Shown piece by piece: positions 8,377 through 18,058 of a stretch of DNA of 52,775 nucleotides. The notes beneath the pieces are model-generated. The model saw only the letters and a list, made by a program, of their open reading frames with translations. It was not told the origin of the DNA and did no database searches. The stretch covers positions 1 through 52,775 of the IMG/VR virus record IMGVR_UViG_3300032174_000008; one strand, given 5' to 3'. How positions within the stretch are numbered: position 1 is the first letter of the stretch; each line of letters begins with the position of its first letter. A program made the position numbers and the translations under genes. Source of the DNA: a virus (lineage: Duplodnaviria > Caudoviricetes).

Positions 8377-8556
8377 ATGACCAAAATCAAACAACCGTAC
8401 ACCGCCCGCGCCAAAGAGCCGCGAAAAACGTGCCCAGTATGCCGTGAGCTTAACCGGGACTACAGGTACCTCTTTAAGGACGAGTACGGCAACTGGTACT
8501 GTTTAGGTTGCCGGAAGCGCGATAGGTTATTGGCGCTGCACGAGGACCAACGATGA
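8377..8556 (+). CDS. 59-aa zinc-finger protein (not in ORF track)
   Basis: AAGGATCAA box; MTKIKQ...CPVC...WYCLGC...; ATGA overlap with the methylase. Confidence 0.75.
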   Translation: MTKIKQPYTARAKEPRKTCPVCRELNRDYRYLFKDEYGNWYCLGCRKRDRLLALHEDQR

Positions 8557-9269
8557 CTAAGCCGCGATTGCTCGATCTGTTTTGCGGCGCTGGCGGGGCT
8601 GGAGTGGGTTACAGCCGGGCTGGCTTCGAGGTGGTCGGTGTGGACATCGCACACCAGAAACATTACCCTTTCGAGTTTCATCAGGCCGACGCGCTGAAAT
8701 ATGCAGCAGCACACGGCCACGAATTTGACGTGATACACGCCAGCCCGCCGTGCCAACGCTACTCAGTTATGACAAAAGGCAGATGGGCAGACCGCGAACA
8801 TCCCGATTTAATTGCAAAGTCGCGCGCGGTAATCGCTTTGTTCGGTGTGCCATACGTCATAGAAAATGTCAGCGGCGCGTCAGGCGAATTGATTTGCCCG
8901 ATTGTACTGTGCGGTACGATGTTCGGGCTTTCCACAAGAAGCGGCAATCAACTACGACGACATCGGCTGTTTGAATGTGGCGGATTTTGGTGTCTGGTTC
9001 CGAACTGCCAGCACAATGACGGGTCAGCGATTGGCGTCTATGGTGGTGGACAAAACCCGCAGCGTAGACGACCCGCCACTGTTGGCGTATGGGGGCACAG
9101 TGGCGGGTCGTCTACGCGAGATAGGATAGTTCAATTCACAGCAAGCGAACGCAACCAAGCCATGGGTATCGATTGGATGACGCAAGCCGAGTTGTCAGAG
9201 GCCATTCCGCCTGCTTACACCGAGTTCATCGGCAAGCAGTTGATACCGCTAACCGCTTGCGCGCCATAG
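8553..9269 (+). CDS. DNA (cytosine-5) methyltransferase
   Basis: LDLFCGAGG (motif I), ASPPCQ (IV), YVIENV (VI). Confidence 0.9.
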   Translation: MTKPRLLDLFCGAGGAGVGYSRAGFEVVGVDIAHQKHYPFEFHQADALKYAAAHGHEFDVIHASPPCQRYSVMTKGRWADREHPDLIAKSRAVIALFGVPYVIENVSGASGELICPIVLCGTMFGLSTRSGNQLRRHRLFECGGFWCLVPNCQHNDGSAIGVYGGGQNPQRRRPATVGVWGHSGGSSTRDRIVQFTASERNQAMGIDWMTQAELSEAIPPAYTEFIGKQLIPLTACAP

Positions 9270-9285
9270 CAGGCCGGGGTATACT
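9257..9285 (+). promoter_or_regulatory. Promoter for replication genes
   Basis: TTGCGC-N17-TATACT. Confidence 0.6.
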
Positions 9286-9299
9286 CGTAAGCATCTAAA

Positions 9300-9378
9300 T
9301 AGAAAAACCGCCTGCTGGGAACAAGCGGTTTCTGCAAACCACTAAGGTTAGTATAACCCACATGGTTCGCAGTTACAA
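9300..9378 (-). ncRNA. Counter-transcribed small RNA in the rep leader, including its promoter
   Basis: TTGTAA(9378-9373)-N17-TATACT(9355-9350); terminator AAACCGCTTG/CAGGCGGTTT-TTCT. Confidence 0.65.
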
Positions 9379-9402
9379 CCCCCATAGAGAAAGCAAACCA
9401 CG

Positions 9403-10284
9403 ATGACAAGTTTACACTGGGAAGTACGTAAATACGCCCACGACCTGCGACCGGACGGACGGTTAGCGGTTCTTGTGGTGTTGATACTTCATTCCAACGT
9501 TCGATTGCGCTGCTGGCCGAGCGTTGATTTATTGGAATACGAGACGGGTTGGGGTCGCGCCTCAGTCGTTGACGCCAAACAATGGTTAATCGATCACGGT
9601 GCGATTGAACTTGTTCCACATGACAAGCGCGTGGGGGACGAACTTGAATTGCCGCCACGACAACATATTTACCAGTTGACCGGCGTAATTACAGTCAATG
9701 GCGTTCAACACCCTTATCTATACCTGAATCCTAAAGAAACCGCACCGTTGCCCAATAGTACGGTAGGCGAAAGTTCGGTAGGCGAAAGTTCGCCCAGCGA
9801 ACCTAAAGGTATTCCATTGGATCAAGGTATTCCAGAACCTAAAGATAACTATGCGCCTAACGGCGCGGAGCCGGATCTTGATGCTCCATTGACATTCAAG
9901 ACAAAGAGGGGACCGGTCAAACAACCACCGACCTATGGCGATCTGTTCGTTTCAATCCGTGACTGGCTAGGGACTGGAGAAGCGTATACTGGAAAGCTGA
10001 CTAAGGCGTTGCTTAAAGAATGCCCAGATGCTACAGCGCTCGAATTCAAGCGTTTCATTAGCTATTGGAGCGACAGAGGACTCGAAAAGCCCAGCGGCAC
10101 CGATACGCTGCCGAAGCAGTTTGGAATATGGCGCAAGGATCACGTACCTGATGTGAGTGCCGTGATCGAAGTCACGCCCCAGCCAGATGAAACTGCATAT
10201 GGTTGGCTATCAACGTACAAGGCCGCGCCCGCGCCTATCCATCACGAACCGCCCGCTGACGATGACGACATGGGGGTATGGTGA
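9403..10284 (+). CDS. Replication initiator, N-terminal HTH
   Basis: CWPSVDLLEYETGWGRASVVDAKQWLIDHGAI helix-turn-helix; internal iterons; upstream of primase-helicase. Confidence 0.75.
   Translation: MTSLHWEVRKYAHDLRPDGRLAVLVVLILHSNVRLRCWPSVDLLEYETGWGRASVVDAKQWLIDHGAIELVPHDKRVGDELELPPRQHIYQLTGVITVNGVQHPYLYLNPKETAPLPNSTVGESSVGESSPSEPKGIPLDQGIPEPKDNYAPNGAEPDLDAPLTFKTKRGPVKQPPTYGDLFVSIRDWLGTGEAYTGKLTKALLKECPDATALEFKRFISYWSDRGLEKPSGTDTLPKQFGIWRKDHVPDVSAVIEVTPQPDETAYGWLSTYKAAPAPIHHEPPADDDDMGVW
9761..9844 (+). repeat. Iteron-like repeats, putative origin
   Basis: CGGTAGGCGAAAGTT x2 tandem (9761-9790), GAACCTAAAG x2, AAGGTATTCCA x2. Confidence 0.6.
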
Positions 10285-12311
10285 ATATGGACAAGCTCAA
10301 AGCACGCGGCATTGACAGCGTAGCGCTGGACAACGAATGGCGACCGGGGCCGTGGACGCGGCATAACGACGATGGTTCAACGACTACGTTTGATGGCTGG
10401 TACGCACCGCTGTTTGACAGTATGGGTAAGCGCCTGGTAAACCACGAAAAGGGTAAGCCGGTTCTCACCTGGAAAAACGCTGATAGCAGCGCCGATCCCC
10501 ATGATACGTGGATCAACTACATCCAGGGGTATAAACCGCTGATGTTGCCCAAGCGCGGCATTCAGGATAGCGTAAAACGCGCCAACGGCACACTGAACAT
10601 GGTTGAGGGAAAGGCCGATACGCTGTCGATGTGGAGCGCCAAAATCGGGAACTGCATCGGCATATTCGGCGCCAGTTTCGTGCCTGGCGATCTACTTACC
10701 CAATTCCGGCAATGGGGCGTTGACCTGCTGCGCGTGTTCGTACACCCCGACGAGGCCGGGTTGAAATCGGCGCAAAAGATCGCCGATGCGCTGGATGATC
10801 ATCTGGATATCCATTTTCTCGTACTGCCCGAAATCGACGGCAAGAAATTCGATCTCAATGACTTCTGGGTACGCGCCGGGTTTGACAATGCGGTGTTTCG
10901 CACGGCGCTACAAAAGTTGCCCGAACGTGAATTCAAGCCGCGTCCAATTCCTCAATGGAAACCAGTACCCACCGTACCCACCGACATTCCATTGAACCGG
11001 CTACAGGCCTACGCCAACGCCGCGTTTAATCACATCCTGTCCGATTTACTGACCGTGACTAGCGCTCGTAACATCGCGCTGAATAATGCCGCGTTCAAAA
11101 CAGGCACGTTCGTCGGGTCCGGGGCGCTGGACAACAATCACGTTGAGAATGAGTTGATCCAGGCTGGAGTCAGCATCGGGCTGGGCCACAATGCCAGCGC
11201 CGCAACGGTTCTATCCGGGTTGACGGCAGGGGTTAAAAGTCCGGCTGACCTATCGCAATTGAAACCGCGTGACCGACAAACAACTACTCGCGTTCGGATA
11301 ATCGACGCGTCAACCGATGGTCTATCGACTGAAAACGCCGAACCGGATAGCGCGCAAGCCGTGACCAACATAACCACCAAGTCAGCCCTGATTAAGCAGC
11401 GCCGTGCCGAAATGGCCGCCCGGCAAGCAACCAACACACTCCCAATGCCTTTTCAGACGGTAGCCCAGAAACGCGGCTTCGCATCGGCTTTCAAGCGTAA
11501 AAAGGTGTACGCGTTTATCGCTGATAGCGGAGCCGGTAAAACATCGATGCTCGAAACGTTGATTGATTTCTACTTGCAGAACGGGTTTTCCGGTGTGGTG
11601 TACAGTCCAGAGTGGGACGGCGACGAATGGGTTATGGGAACCATTCAGCGGGCTGGCGGCCCGTCGTATATGGCTCAAGTCGAACATGACTCACGCCAAT
11701 CTTCAAACGATACTGAGCACGAGGCCGAATACATCGCTACAGTGAACGCCGTACTTGACCGGATTGACGCGTGGCCTGGTGACATTCGATTTGTCGAACA
11801 AGCCGAATCGCCGTGCGCTGAGGACATCCTTGCCGGAATGAGCGCGGCGTATATCGACAGTGAGGCTAAAGGTAAGCTGCTGTCGTTTGCCGCTGTCGAT
11901 TACGCTCAGATGTTCCTATCCCGAACCGGAAAAACTGAACTTGAGCAGATGAACCGGGCGCTGTATCAGTTCAAACGCTTTTGTATCGCGCACGATATGG
12001 TTGGGTTGGTAGGCAGTCAGATCACCAAAGAGGCCGGGCAAGCCAAAGGCAGGCCGTCGCATACCGGCATGATGGGTGCTCGGTCGGACGCTTTCAATTT
12101 TGCCGCGTTCATTATCCGCGAACGGGACACTGACGACAGTTACAAGCCGAATGCCAAACTGCACATTGTCAAGAATTCGCGCGGCAGGCTGGGCAAGTGC
12201 GAGATATACCAGCATCCCGTTACCGCCGCGTGGCACTCCGGCGTATGGCAACCGGAACCGTACACCAACGGGCGGTATATTGAACCGGAAACGGAGGCAA
12301 TACCGTTCTGA
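10278..12311 (+). CDS. Toprim primase / DnaB-like SF4 helicase fusion
   Basis: VEGKAD and HPDEAG Toprim motifs; RNIALNNAAF middle domain; ADSGAGKT Walker A, AVDYAQ, GSQ, IVKNSRG. Confidence 0.88.
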   Translation: MVNMDKLKARGIDSVALDNEWRPGPWTRHNDDGSTTTFDGWYAPLFDSMGKRLVNHEKGKPVLTWKNADSSADPHDTWINYIQGYKPLMLPKRGIQDSVKRANGTLNMVEGKADTLSMWSAKIGNCIGIFGASFVPGDLLTQFRQWGVDLLRVFVHPDEAGLKSAQKIADALDDHLDIHFLVLPEIDGKKFDLNDFWVRAGFDNAVFRTALQKLPEREFKPRPIPQWKPVPTVPTDIPLNRLQAYANAAFNHILSDLLTVTSARNIALNNAAFKTGTFVGSGALDNNHVENELIQAGVSIGLGHNASAATVLSGLTAGVKSPADLSQLKPRDRQTTTRVRIIDASTDGLSTENAEPDSAQAVTNITTKSALIKQRRAEMAARQATNTLPMPFQTVAQKRGFASAFKRKKVYAFIADSGAGKTSMLETLIDFYLQNGFSGVVYSPEWDGDEWVMGTIQRAGGPSYMAQVEHDSRQSSNDTEHEAEYIATVNAVLDRIDAWPGDIRFVEQAESPCAEDILAGMSAAYIDSEAKGKLLSFAAVDYAQMFLSRTGKTELEQMNRALYQFKRFCIAHDMVGLVGSQITKEAGQAKGRPSHTGMMGARSDAFNFAAFIIRERDTDDSYKPNAKLHIVKNSRGRLGKCEIYQHPVTAAWHSGVWQPEPYTNGRYIEPETEAIPF

Positions 12312-12601
12312 TGAGCGCGATAGCCGATTGGACTGTTGAGGATTTGCTTGTGCTGTTGACCCACGATCTTGACCGCGTGGATATTCGGCGTATAGCTGGA
12401 CGATTTGTCATCATTGACGAATGGGCCGGCGGGTTTCGGTATACTGACCTGACGCCCCTGGTCGATGAGGCGATACGCGCTAAACTGATGACAATCAATT
12501 CAAGGATGCTGTGCTTAACCGGCAAAGGTTACGACATGGCGCGTGACGCCGAACAAGAGCAGTTTATCGCGTCAATCGTATGGAATACCAAAAAGGATTA
12601 A
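12311..12601 (+). CDS. Hypothetical protein
   Basis: ATG directly abuts the upstream TGA; GGAGG upstream. Confidence 0.7.
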   Translation: MSAIADWTVEDLLVLLTHDLDRVDIRRIAGRFVIIDEWAGGFRYTDLTPLVDEAIRAKLMTINSRMLCLTGKGYDMARDAEQEQFIASIVWNTKKD

Positions 12602-12604
12602 CCA

Positions 12605-12832
12605 ATGACCGCCAAACAACTCGTAAAGGCGCTTCTCCTGGCGCTGGTGAACGGTATCACCACCGATGACCTTGACCGGATGATCGTCGCTATCTACCGC
12701 CTCGAAACAGAACGCGAATCGCTCGCTGAGCAGTTATTCATTAGCCGCGCTCAGGTGTACGTGATGCAGCACAAGGATCGGAAGCCGACGCAGTTCAAAC
12801 ACCGGGCAAATCATCTATACTCAGCCGAATGA
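12605..12832 (+). CDS. Hypothetical protein
   Basis: AAGGATTAA box before ATG. Confidence 0.65.
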   Translation: MTAKQLVKALLLALVNGITTDDLDRMIVAIYRLETERESLAEQLFISRAQVYVMQHKDRKPTQFKHRANHLYSAE

Positions 12833-12858
12833 TAGAAAGTGTAAAAAGGATCAAAACC

Positions 12859-15120
12859 ATGTCAAACATCAAATCATACGCCGAATTTCTAGAATCGAAA
12901 ACGCTGATTGTTCAGCCATCGGGCAAGGCAATCGACCCCGCGTTAGTAAATCCTGTACTGTTTCCATTCCAGCGCGATATTGTCGTATGGGCAGTACGCA
13001 AAGGGCGGGCGGCTATTTTCGCGTCTACAGGGCTAGGAAAAACCGCTATGCAGGTCGAATGGGCACGGTTGGTCGGTGAGCGAACAATCATCGTAGCGCC
13101 CCTGTCTGTAGCGCGTCAGACGGTACGTGAATCGCTGTCCTTGTTGGGTGTGACGATAAAGTACGTGCGGGGCGACTCGGAGATTGACGACAGCCACAAG
13201 TTATACATCACGAACTACGAGATGATCGAGCACTTCGATCCGGCGTTGTTTGGTGCGGTTGTACTGGACGAGTCCTCAATCCTCAAATCAATTGATGGTG
13301 CAACCAAAGATCGTCTAATTGAAATGTTCGCCGATACGCCTTATCGGTTGTGTGCCACGGCTACCCCTGCACCAAACGACATCAAGGAATTGGCGAACCA
13401 CTCCGAATTTCTCGGCATTATGAACCGCCGCGAAATGCTCAGTTGCTTTTTCCGGTACACGCAATCGAGCAGCACCGAACGCGCCGACGCGTGGCAACTG
13501 AAGGGGCACGCCGTACAAACGTTTTACGAGTGGCTGGCTTCATGGTCTATCGCTATCGTCAAGCCGTCCGATCTGGGTTACTCGGATAACGGGTACATAT
13601 TACCAAAACTGACCGTTGACCTCGTGACCGCTGAAACCGATTACACGCCGGACGGCTTGTTGCCGGGTATGCTGATCAAGGCGGTCAGCGCGATTGAGGC
13701 GAAACGGTTACGCCATCAAACGATTGCCGACCGCGCCGCGCTGGTTGCCACAACGATAAACGCCAGTGCAGAGCAGTGGATCGTGTGGGTCGGCTTGAAT
13801 GATGAGGGCGACTTGCTCGAAAAGCTGATCGGCGACAGCGTGCAGGTATATGGCAGTCAAACGCCTGAACAGAAATCAGAACTCATCGAAGCATTCCAGG
13901 ACGGTAAACACCGTGTCATGATCACAAAATGCAAGATCGCCGGATTTGGATTAAACCTCCAAAACTGCCATAACATGGTGTTTTTCGGGATCGACTATTC
14001 GTGGGAATCATATTACCAGGCCGTTCGGCGCTGCTATCGGTTTGGGCAACAATTCCCGGTCAATGTTCAGATCGTCACCTCCAGTCAGGAGATTGACGTA
14101 TATAACACTCTCATGCAAAAGGAAAAAGAGGCAACCGCCATGATCGATAAACTGGTGCAATCCGTTGCGCCCAATTCGGAATTGAACCCGTTAGCGCACA
14201 AATCGGCGGCTTACAAAACCGACAAGCAAACCGGCAACGGCTGGACACTGATGCTTGGTGACAGCACCGAACGGCTGAGCGAAATACCAGACGAGTCGAT
14301 TGACTTATCTGTATATTCGCCGCCGTTCAGCGACCTGTTTGTATACAGTGCCAGCGTGCGTGACATCGGCAACTCGAAGTCTCAAAACGAATTCTTTGAG
14401 CATTACGGGTATATCATCCGTGAAAACTTGCGCGTGACGAAACCGGGCCGCCTGTGCTGTGTTCACTGTCAGGATTTACGCGCCTACCAGAACCAGGATA
14501 ACTACATTGGCATGAAGGATTTCACTGGCGACGTTATCCAGGCCTACCGTGATAACGGCTGGGAATTCTGGCATCGGATCACAATCGACAAAGATCCGCA
14601 AGTGCAGGCCGTTCGCCTGAAGGATAGCCGGTTGCTGTTTGTGACACTGCGCAAGGATAGCACGCGGCTGGCCGGTGGGTACGCCGACTACGTGCTGATC
14701 TTCAAAAAACCGGGCGATAATCAGGTTCCGGTTGTGCCTGATGTGTCAGAGCAGGAATGGATCAATTGGGCGCGTCCGGTTTGGAACGGTATCAAAGAAA
14801 CCGCCGTGTTACCCGTTCGGCAAGCCAAGGCGTCAGATGACGAAAAGCACATGTGCCCAACGCAACTACCGGTACTGGAGCGCTGTATCCGGTTGTGGTC
14901 AAACAAAGGCGAAACGGTGTTATCTCCGTTCGCTGGGATCGGCAGTGAAGGGCACGAGTCTATCCGGTTGGGCCGTCAGTTCGTGGGGATTGAATTGAAG
15001 CCGGAATACTACAACGTGGCGCTGATTAACTTGCGCAACGCCGAACACCTCGCCGGGTCACATGACCTGTTCGCGTGGGCTGAACAGAACGCCGAACTGG
15101 AAGTGGAGGGGGAACCGTGA
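12859..15120 (+). CDS. SNF2-like helicase fused to N4/N6 DNA methyltransferase
   Basis: STGLGKT, LDESS, TATPAPN, GLNLQ, QAVRRCYRFGQ; then VYSPPF and SPFAGIGS; start 12859 chosen from the AAGGATCAAAAC box (track start 12829). Confidence 0.9.
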   Translation: MSNIKSYAEFLESKTLIVQPSGKAIDPALVNPVLFPFQRDIVVWAVRKGRAAIFASTGLGKTAMQVEWARLVGERTIIVAPLSVARQTVRESLSLLGVTIKYVRGDSEIDDSHKLYITNYEMIEHFDPALFGAVVLDESSILKSIDGATKDRLIEMFADTPYRLCATATPAPNDIKELANHSEFLGIMNRREMLSCFFRYTQSSSTERADAWQLKGHAVQTFYEWLASWSIAIVKPSDLGYSDNGYILPKLTVDLVTAETDYTPDGLLPGMLIKAVSAIEAKRLRHQTIADRAALVATTINASAEQWIVWVGLNDEGDLLEKLIGDSVQVYGSQTPEQKSELIEAFQDGKHRVMITKCKIAGFGLNLQNCHNMVFFGIDYSWESYYQAVRRCYRFGQQFPVNVQIVTSSQEIDVYNTLMQKEKEATAMIDKLVQSVAPNSELNPLAHKSAAYKTDKQTGNGWTLMLGDSTERLSEIPDESIDLSVYSPPFSDLFVYSASVRDIGNSKSQNEFFEHYGYIIRENLRVTKPGRLCCVHCQDLRAYQNQDNYIGMKDFTGDVIQAYRDNGWEFWHRITIDKDPQVQAVRLKDSRLLFVTLRKDSTRLAGGYADYVLIFKKPGDNQVPVVPDVSEQEWINWARPVWNGIKETAVLPVRQAKASDDEKHMCPTQLPVLERCIRLWSNKGETVLSPFAGIGSEGHESIRLGRQFVGIELKPEYYNVALINLRNAEHLAGSHDLFAWAEQNAELEVEGEP

Positions 15121-15500
15121 GCACCGACCCAATCTTGACTGCGATATTCGAGGACATCCAAAAGGAACTTGTTTACCAAGAAAGCAAGTTCGGCACTGAC
15201 CGCGTACACGAACCGGCGCTCTGGGCTGTCGTTCTGGGTGAGGAATACGGCGAAGTGTGCAAGGCTGTATTAGAGCACGACGGCAACGGGTATATAGCAG
15301 AACTGGTTGACGTTGCCGCTGTATGCGTTAGTGCTATACGATCAGCGTTGCTAGAGCGTGGCGGCAAGCCTGTGACGCGCACCTGTGCCACGAGCACGCT
15401 GAACCTGACCAATCAGGCGCACAAGTCAGCCAAATACCGTGTACCCATCGATTCGACGCTGTACAGGGCACTCGTTGCCGCTGGCATAGTGGACGAATAG
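15117..15500 (+). CDS. mazG: MazG-like nucleotide pyrophosphohydrolase
   Basis: LGEEYGEVCKAVL...IAELVDVAAV. Confidence 0.75.
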   Translation: MSTDPILTAIFEDIQKELVYQESKFGTDRVHEPALWAVVLGEEYGEVCKAVLEHDGNGYIAELVDVAAVCVSAIRSALLERGGKPVTRTCATSTLNLTNQAHKSAKYRVPIDSTLYRALVAAGIVDE

Positions 15501-15503
15501 CCA

Positions 15504-15542
15504 AAACAAAAACCGGAGTTCATCGCTCCGGTTTCGCTTTCT
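15504..15542. terminator. Bidirectional terminator between convergent operons
   Basis: AAAAACCGGAG-TTCATCG-CTCCGGTTTCGCTTT. Confidence 0.8.
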
Positions 15543-15562
15543 CAATCGCGCCGTTCTACTTA

Positions 15563-15772
15563 TTAACGTTCTATGTTCTTCCCCAGTATTCCAGATACCG
15601 CCTTTACGAGGTCTTCGCGCACCTCCTCAGGTAAATCGAACCATCGATCAACGTTCGGCAACCTGATGTAATAGGGCATCGTCCTGAGCAGATGTGAACG
15701 GATAGCTTTGCGGTAAATGCCGTATAGCATTTGTGCCTTTTGTGTGGCTTCATCTTCGGTTTTTTGTGTCAC
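15563..15772 (-). CDS. Hypothetical protein
   Basis: End of short leftward operon. Confidence 0.55.
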   Translation of the reverse strand: MTQKTEDEATQKAQMLYGIYRKAIRSHLLRTMPYYIRLPNVDRWFDLPEEVREDLVKAVSGILGKNIER

Positions 15773-15774
15773 GA

Positions 15775-16131
15775 TTACCGTTTCCCGTTGTCGGCAAGCC
15801 AGCGCTTCGGGCGTGCCCTGATTTTGATTAGCAGCGCGTCGTGTTTCGCTACAGCTTCGAGATATTCGGATGCACGGCGCGGCTCATACGGTTCTGGCAT
15901 CGGCGGACGGTCTATGAACGCTTGCACAATGCGCCAGGCTTGTCGGATGTTTTCGATGCTTTCTAAGCGCTCTAACTCGGTAACTGGGCCGTTGGTTGCC
16001 TCCCACCATTCGATATACCGAATACACACCGCAACCGCGTCCTGTTCGGTGGGAGCGCTGATAACCTCCTCGTGCAGGGTGCTGGGGTTGGTCACGGTTG
16101 CGACTCTTTCCAGGCTAACCACGCACGGCAC
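15775..16131 (-). CDS. Hypothetical protein (start may be ~16095)
   Basis: Fits operon; start uncertain. Confidence 0.55.
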   Translation of the reverse strand: MPCVVSLERVATVTNPSTLHEEVISAPTEQDAVAVCIRYIEWWEATNGPVTELERLESIENIRQAWRIVQAFIDRPPMPEPYEPRRASEYLEAVAKHDALLIKIRARPKRWLADNGKR

Positions 16132-16478
16132 ACGGCAAATGCTGGAGTTTCGGCTAGTCCTTGCGGAACAGGAGGCACTTTAAACCAACATTGCCAGATG
16201 TTAGGCGCTGGCGACTGTAAATGGAAATCGCCCTTTACACTGTCAATCAGCGTCAACGCGGCGTCAGTGTCCGTGCTGTATTCGCAAATTGGTTCCTGTA
16301 TCATGCCGCCTTGGACGCGGTACGGATCGTCGTCAGGACGTGTCGGGCGTGTTCCGTATAGTATCTGTGTCCAATCGCTGACCTGTAAATCTGTATAGCC
16401 GAGTTTCTCCGCTATCAGCTTGTCCAATTCGCGCCCAGCTTCCATTGTTCCCCAGTTGACGGTTTGCGTGTCAGTCAT
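16092..16478 (-). CDS. Phage ABA-sandwich domain protein
   Basis: AGRELDKLIAEKLG...YSTDTDAALTLI...ETPAFAVCRAWL. Confidence 0.75.
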   Translation of the reverse strand: MTDTQTVNWGTMEAGRELDKLIAEKLGYTDLQVSDWTQILYGTRPTRPDDDPYRVQGGMIQEPICEYSTDTDAALTLIDSVKGDFHLQSPAPNIWQCWFKVPPVPQGLAETPAFAVCRAWLAWKESQP

Positions 16479-17368
16479 CGTGTACCTCCTGTCAACAGCG
16501 GTATACCCGTCGCAATATCCAGTCCTAACCGTCTATTCAACGCCAGTACGCTTGGTCGCAAATCGTTTGTAATCATGCCCATGATGCGACAAGCCTCCTC
16601 GAATGATACGCTATCGCGCCCGCGCAACATCTCAGTACATGCAATTTCTGCCGTTCGGACAAGCCCTAAGCCAGCAGGTGTTAACCCGTTTCGTGCACTA
16701 CTTGCACCAGTCTCCGCTTTAATCTGTTTGGCTGTTCGGCTGAACAACCCCTGATATTCGATGTTGGTGAAATCGCCATAGATAATTGCACCGCTTACGA
16801 CGTTTCTCAGTACATCGGTTAAGTCAGTACGACTTACAGCGGCGTCAACCCGATCTGCAATCTGTAGCATGATGTCATCTTGGCTGTAACCCTGTTTCAA
16901 TTTGTCCTTAATGTATTGACGTGGGGTTGTGCCGAGTCGCGCGGCCTCCAAACGCGCTGCGTCTACAAACGCCCCGGCTTGTGCTAGGAATTCTTTGATC
17001 GCTTTCACCAAGGGGCGCTTTTCAGTGGAGCGGAATTCTTGTGTAATCCGATACAGTACTACATCAAGCACGTATTCAGTTTTCACGGTTTGCCCGCTGT
17101 CCGATTTTTCGTCAATCATCAAGGCGTTATTTGAAATAACACCTTTGTTTCTCAACTGTCGGATGGTTAAATCGGTTGCGCCGCCAATGCATCCGTCAAC
17201 CCACTGGCGCACATTGTAGTATTCGCGTTTTCTATGCGTGATATACGAAAGCGGAAACCCAAACTTCTTGGCAACTTGAATCGGTAAGGGTACTTTTGAA
17301 AAGCAGTCTTCACTGTTTGGCTGGTCACCAAAAAGGCTTAGTTGTGTGGTAGAATTCTTAACTGACAT
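16475..17368 (-). CDS. Antirepressor/BRO-like DNA-binding protein
   Basis: C-terminal YGDFTNIEYQGLFSRTAKQIK segment of antirepressor/DinD-like type; AGGAG SD. Confidence 0.55.
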   Translation of the reverse strand: MSVKNSTTQLSLFGDQPNSEDCFSKVPLPIQVAKKFGFPLSYITHRKREYYNVRQWVDGCIGGATDLTIRQLRNKGVISNNALMIDEKSDSGQTVKTEYVLDVVLYRITQEFRSTEKRPLVKAIKEFLAQAGAFVDAARLEAARLGTTPRQYIKDKLKQGYSQDDIMLQIADRVDAAVSRTDLTDVLRNVVSGAIIYGDFTNIEYQGLFSRTAKQIKAETGASSARNGLTPAGLGLVRTAEIACTEMLRGRDSVSFEEACRIMGMITNDLRPSVLALNRRLGLDIATGIPLLTGGTR

Positions 17369-17545
17369 CGGGTCTACTCCTTTGTCAAGCCCGCCGGTTT
17401 AGTCTTGTCCGGCGGGTTCTTTATTTACGATGCTTTTTATTATACCTCGCTTTTTCCAATTGTGATCGCATTGTAACGCCGCCGTCCGTGTTTCGCGGTA
17501 TACTGAGCGCATCAGTCGAAACCGAAAGTAAGAAGGATCAAACCC

Positions 17546-17743
17546 ATGAACAAGCAATTTGCGACCCGCGACGAATGCCTGGCAGCCCTGAAGTCGCTCG
17601 AAGACACGCTCGAAACCGCCCGCGTTGCCATCGTGGAGGCGAAAGCGACCTGCGACAAGGTGGCGGCGTACCAGGTGAGCCGCGATGAGTTGGATAAGCA
17701 CGAGGCGGAGGAACGCGCCAGGGTGAAGGCGCTGAGGTACTGA
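17546..17743 (+). CDS. Small coiled-coil protein
   Basis: Own TATACT, AGAAGGATCAAA box and downstream terminator. Confidence 0.7.
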   Translation: MNKQFATRDECLAALKSLEDTLETARVAIVEAKATCDKVAAYQVSRDELDKHEAEERARVKALRY

Positions 17744-17780
17744 AAAGAACGAAGCCCGGTGATTATCCGGGCTTTTTGTT
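17744..17780. terminator. Bidirectional terminator
   Basis: AAGCCCGG-TGATTAT-CCGGGCTT-TTTGTT with an A-rich left flank. Confidence 0.8.
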
Positions 17781-17864
17781 GGGAAACGCCTACCTATTTT
17801 AATCACCGTTGACAGACAGTGTTTTTATCGGAGGCTGTCACACTCCAACAAATCGGCGCTTCCC
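17781..17864 (-). ncRNA. 84-nt three-stem RNA with kissing loops
   Basis: TATAAT 7 nt upstream; P1 GGGAAGCGCC/GGCGTTTCCC; loops TGACAG and CTGTCA complementary; 4 G-U pairs favour minus strand. Confidence 0.7.
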
Positions 17865-17884
17865 GATGAACATTATAGCGTATT

Positions 17885-18046
17885 TCACCCGCCAACGGGT
17901 GCGACTGCCATCCCCGCGATTGCGCCGAGAAACAGCACCGCAACCAACGCCACGTCAAGGCCGCCAACGTGCAGGGCGAACAGGACCATCACCACGATAC
18001 CAACCACCCACATGATCAGTGAAATAACACGGATTACGTTACCCAT
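17885..18046 (-). CDS. 53-aa two-TM protein, holin candidate (not in ORF track)
   Basis: AAGGAG SD; MGNVIRVISLIMWVVGIVVMVLFALHVGGLDVALVAVLFLGAIAGMAVAPVGG; directly after endolysin. Confidence 0.7.
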   Translation of the reverse strand: MGNVIRVISLIMWVVGIVVMVLFALHVGGLDVALVAVLFLGAIAGMAVAPVGG

Positions 18047-18058
18047 CGTTTGAACTCC

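Noticed and set aside
9761-9844. CRISPR-like array
   Set aside because: Only pairs of 10-15 bp repeats with no unique spacers; iteron-like
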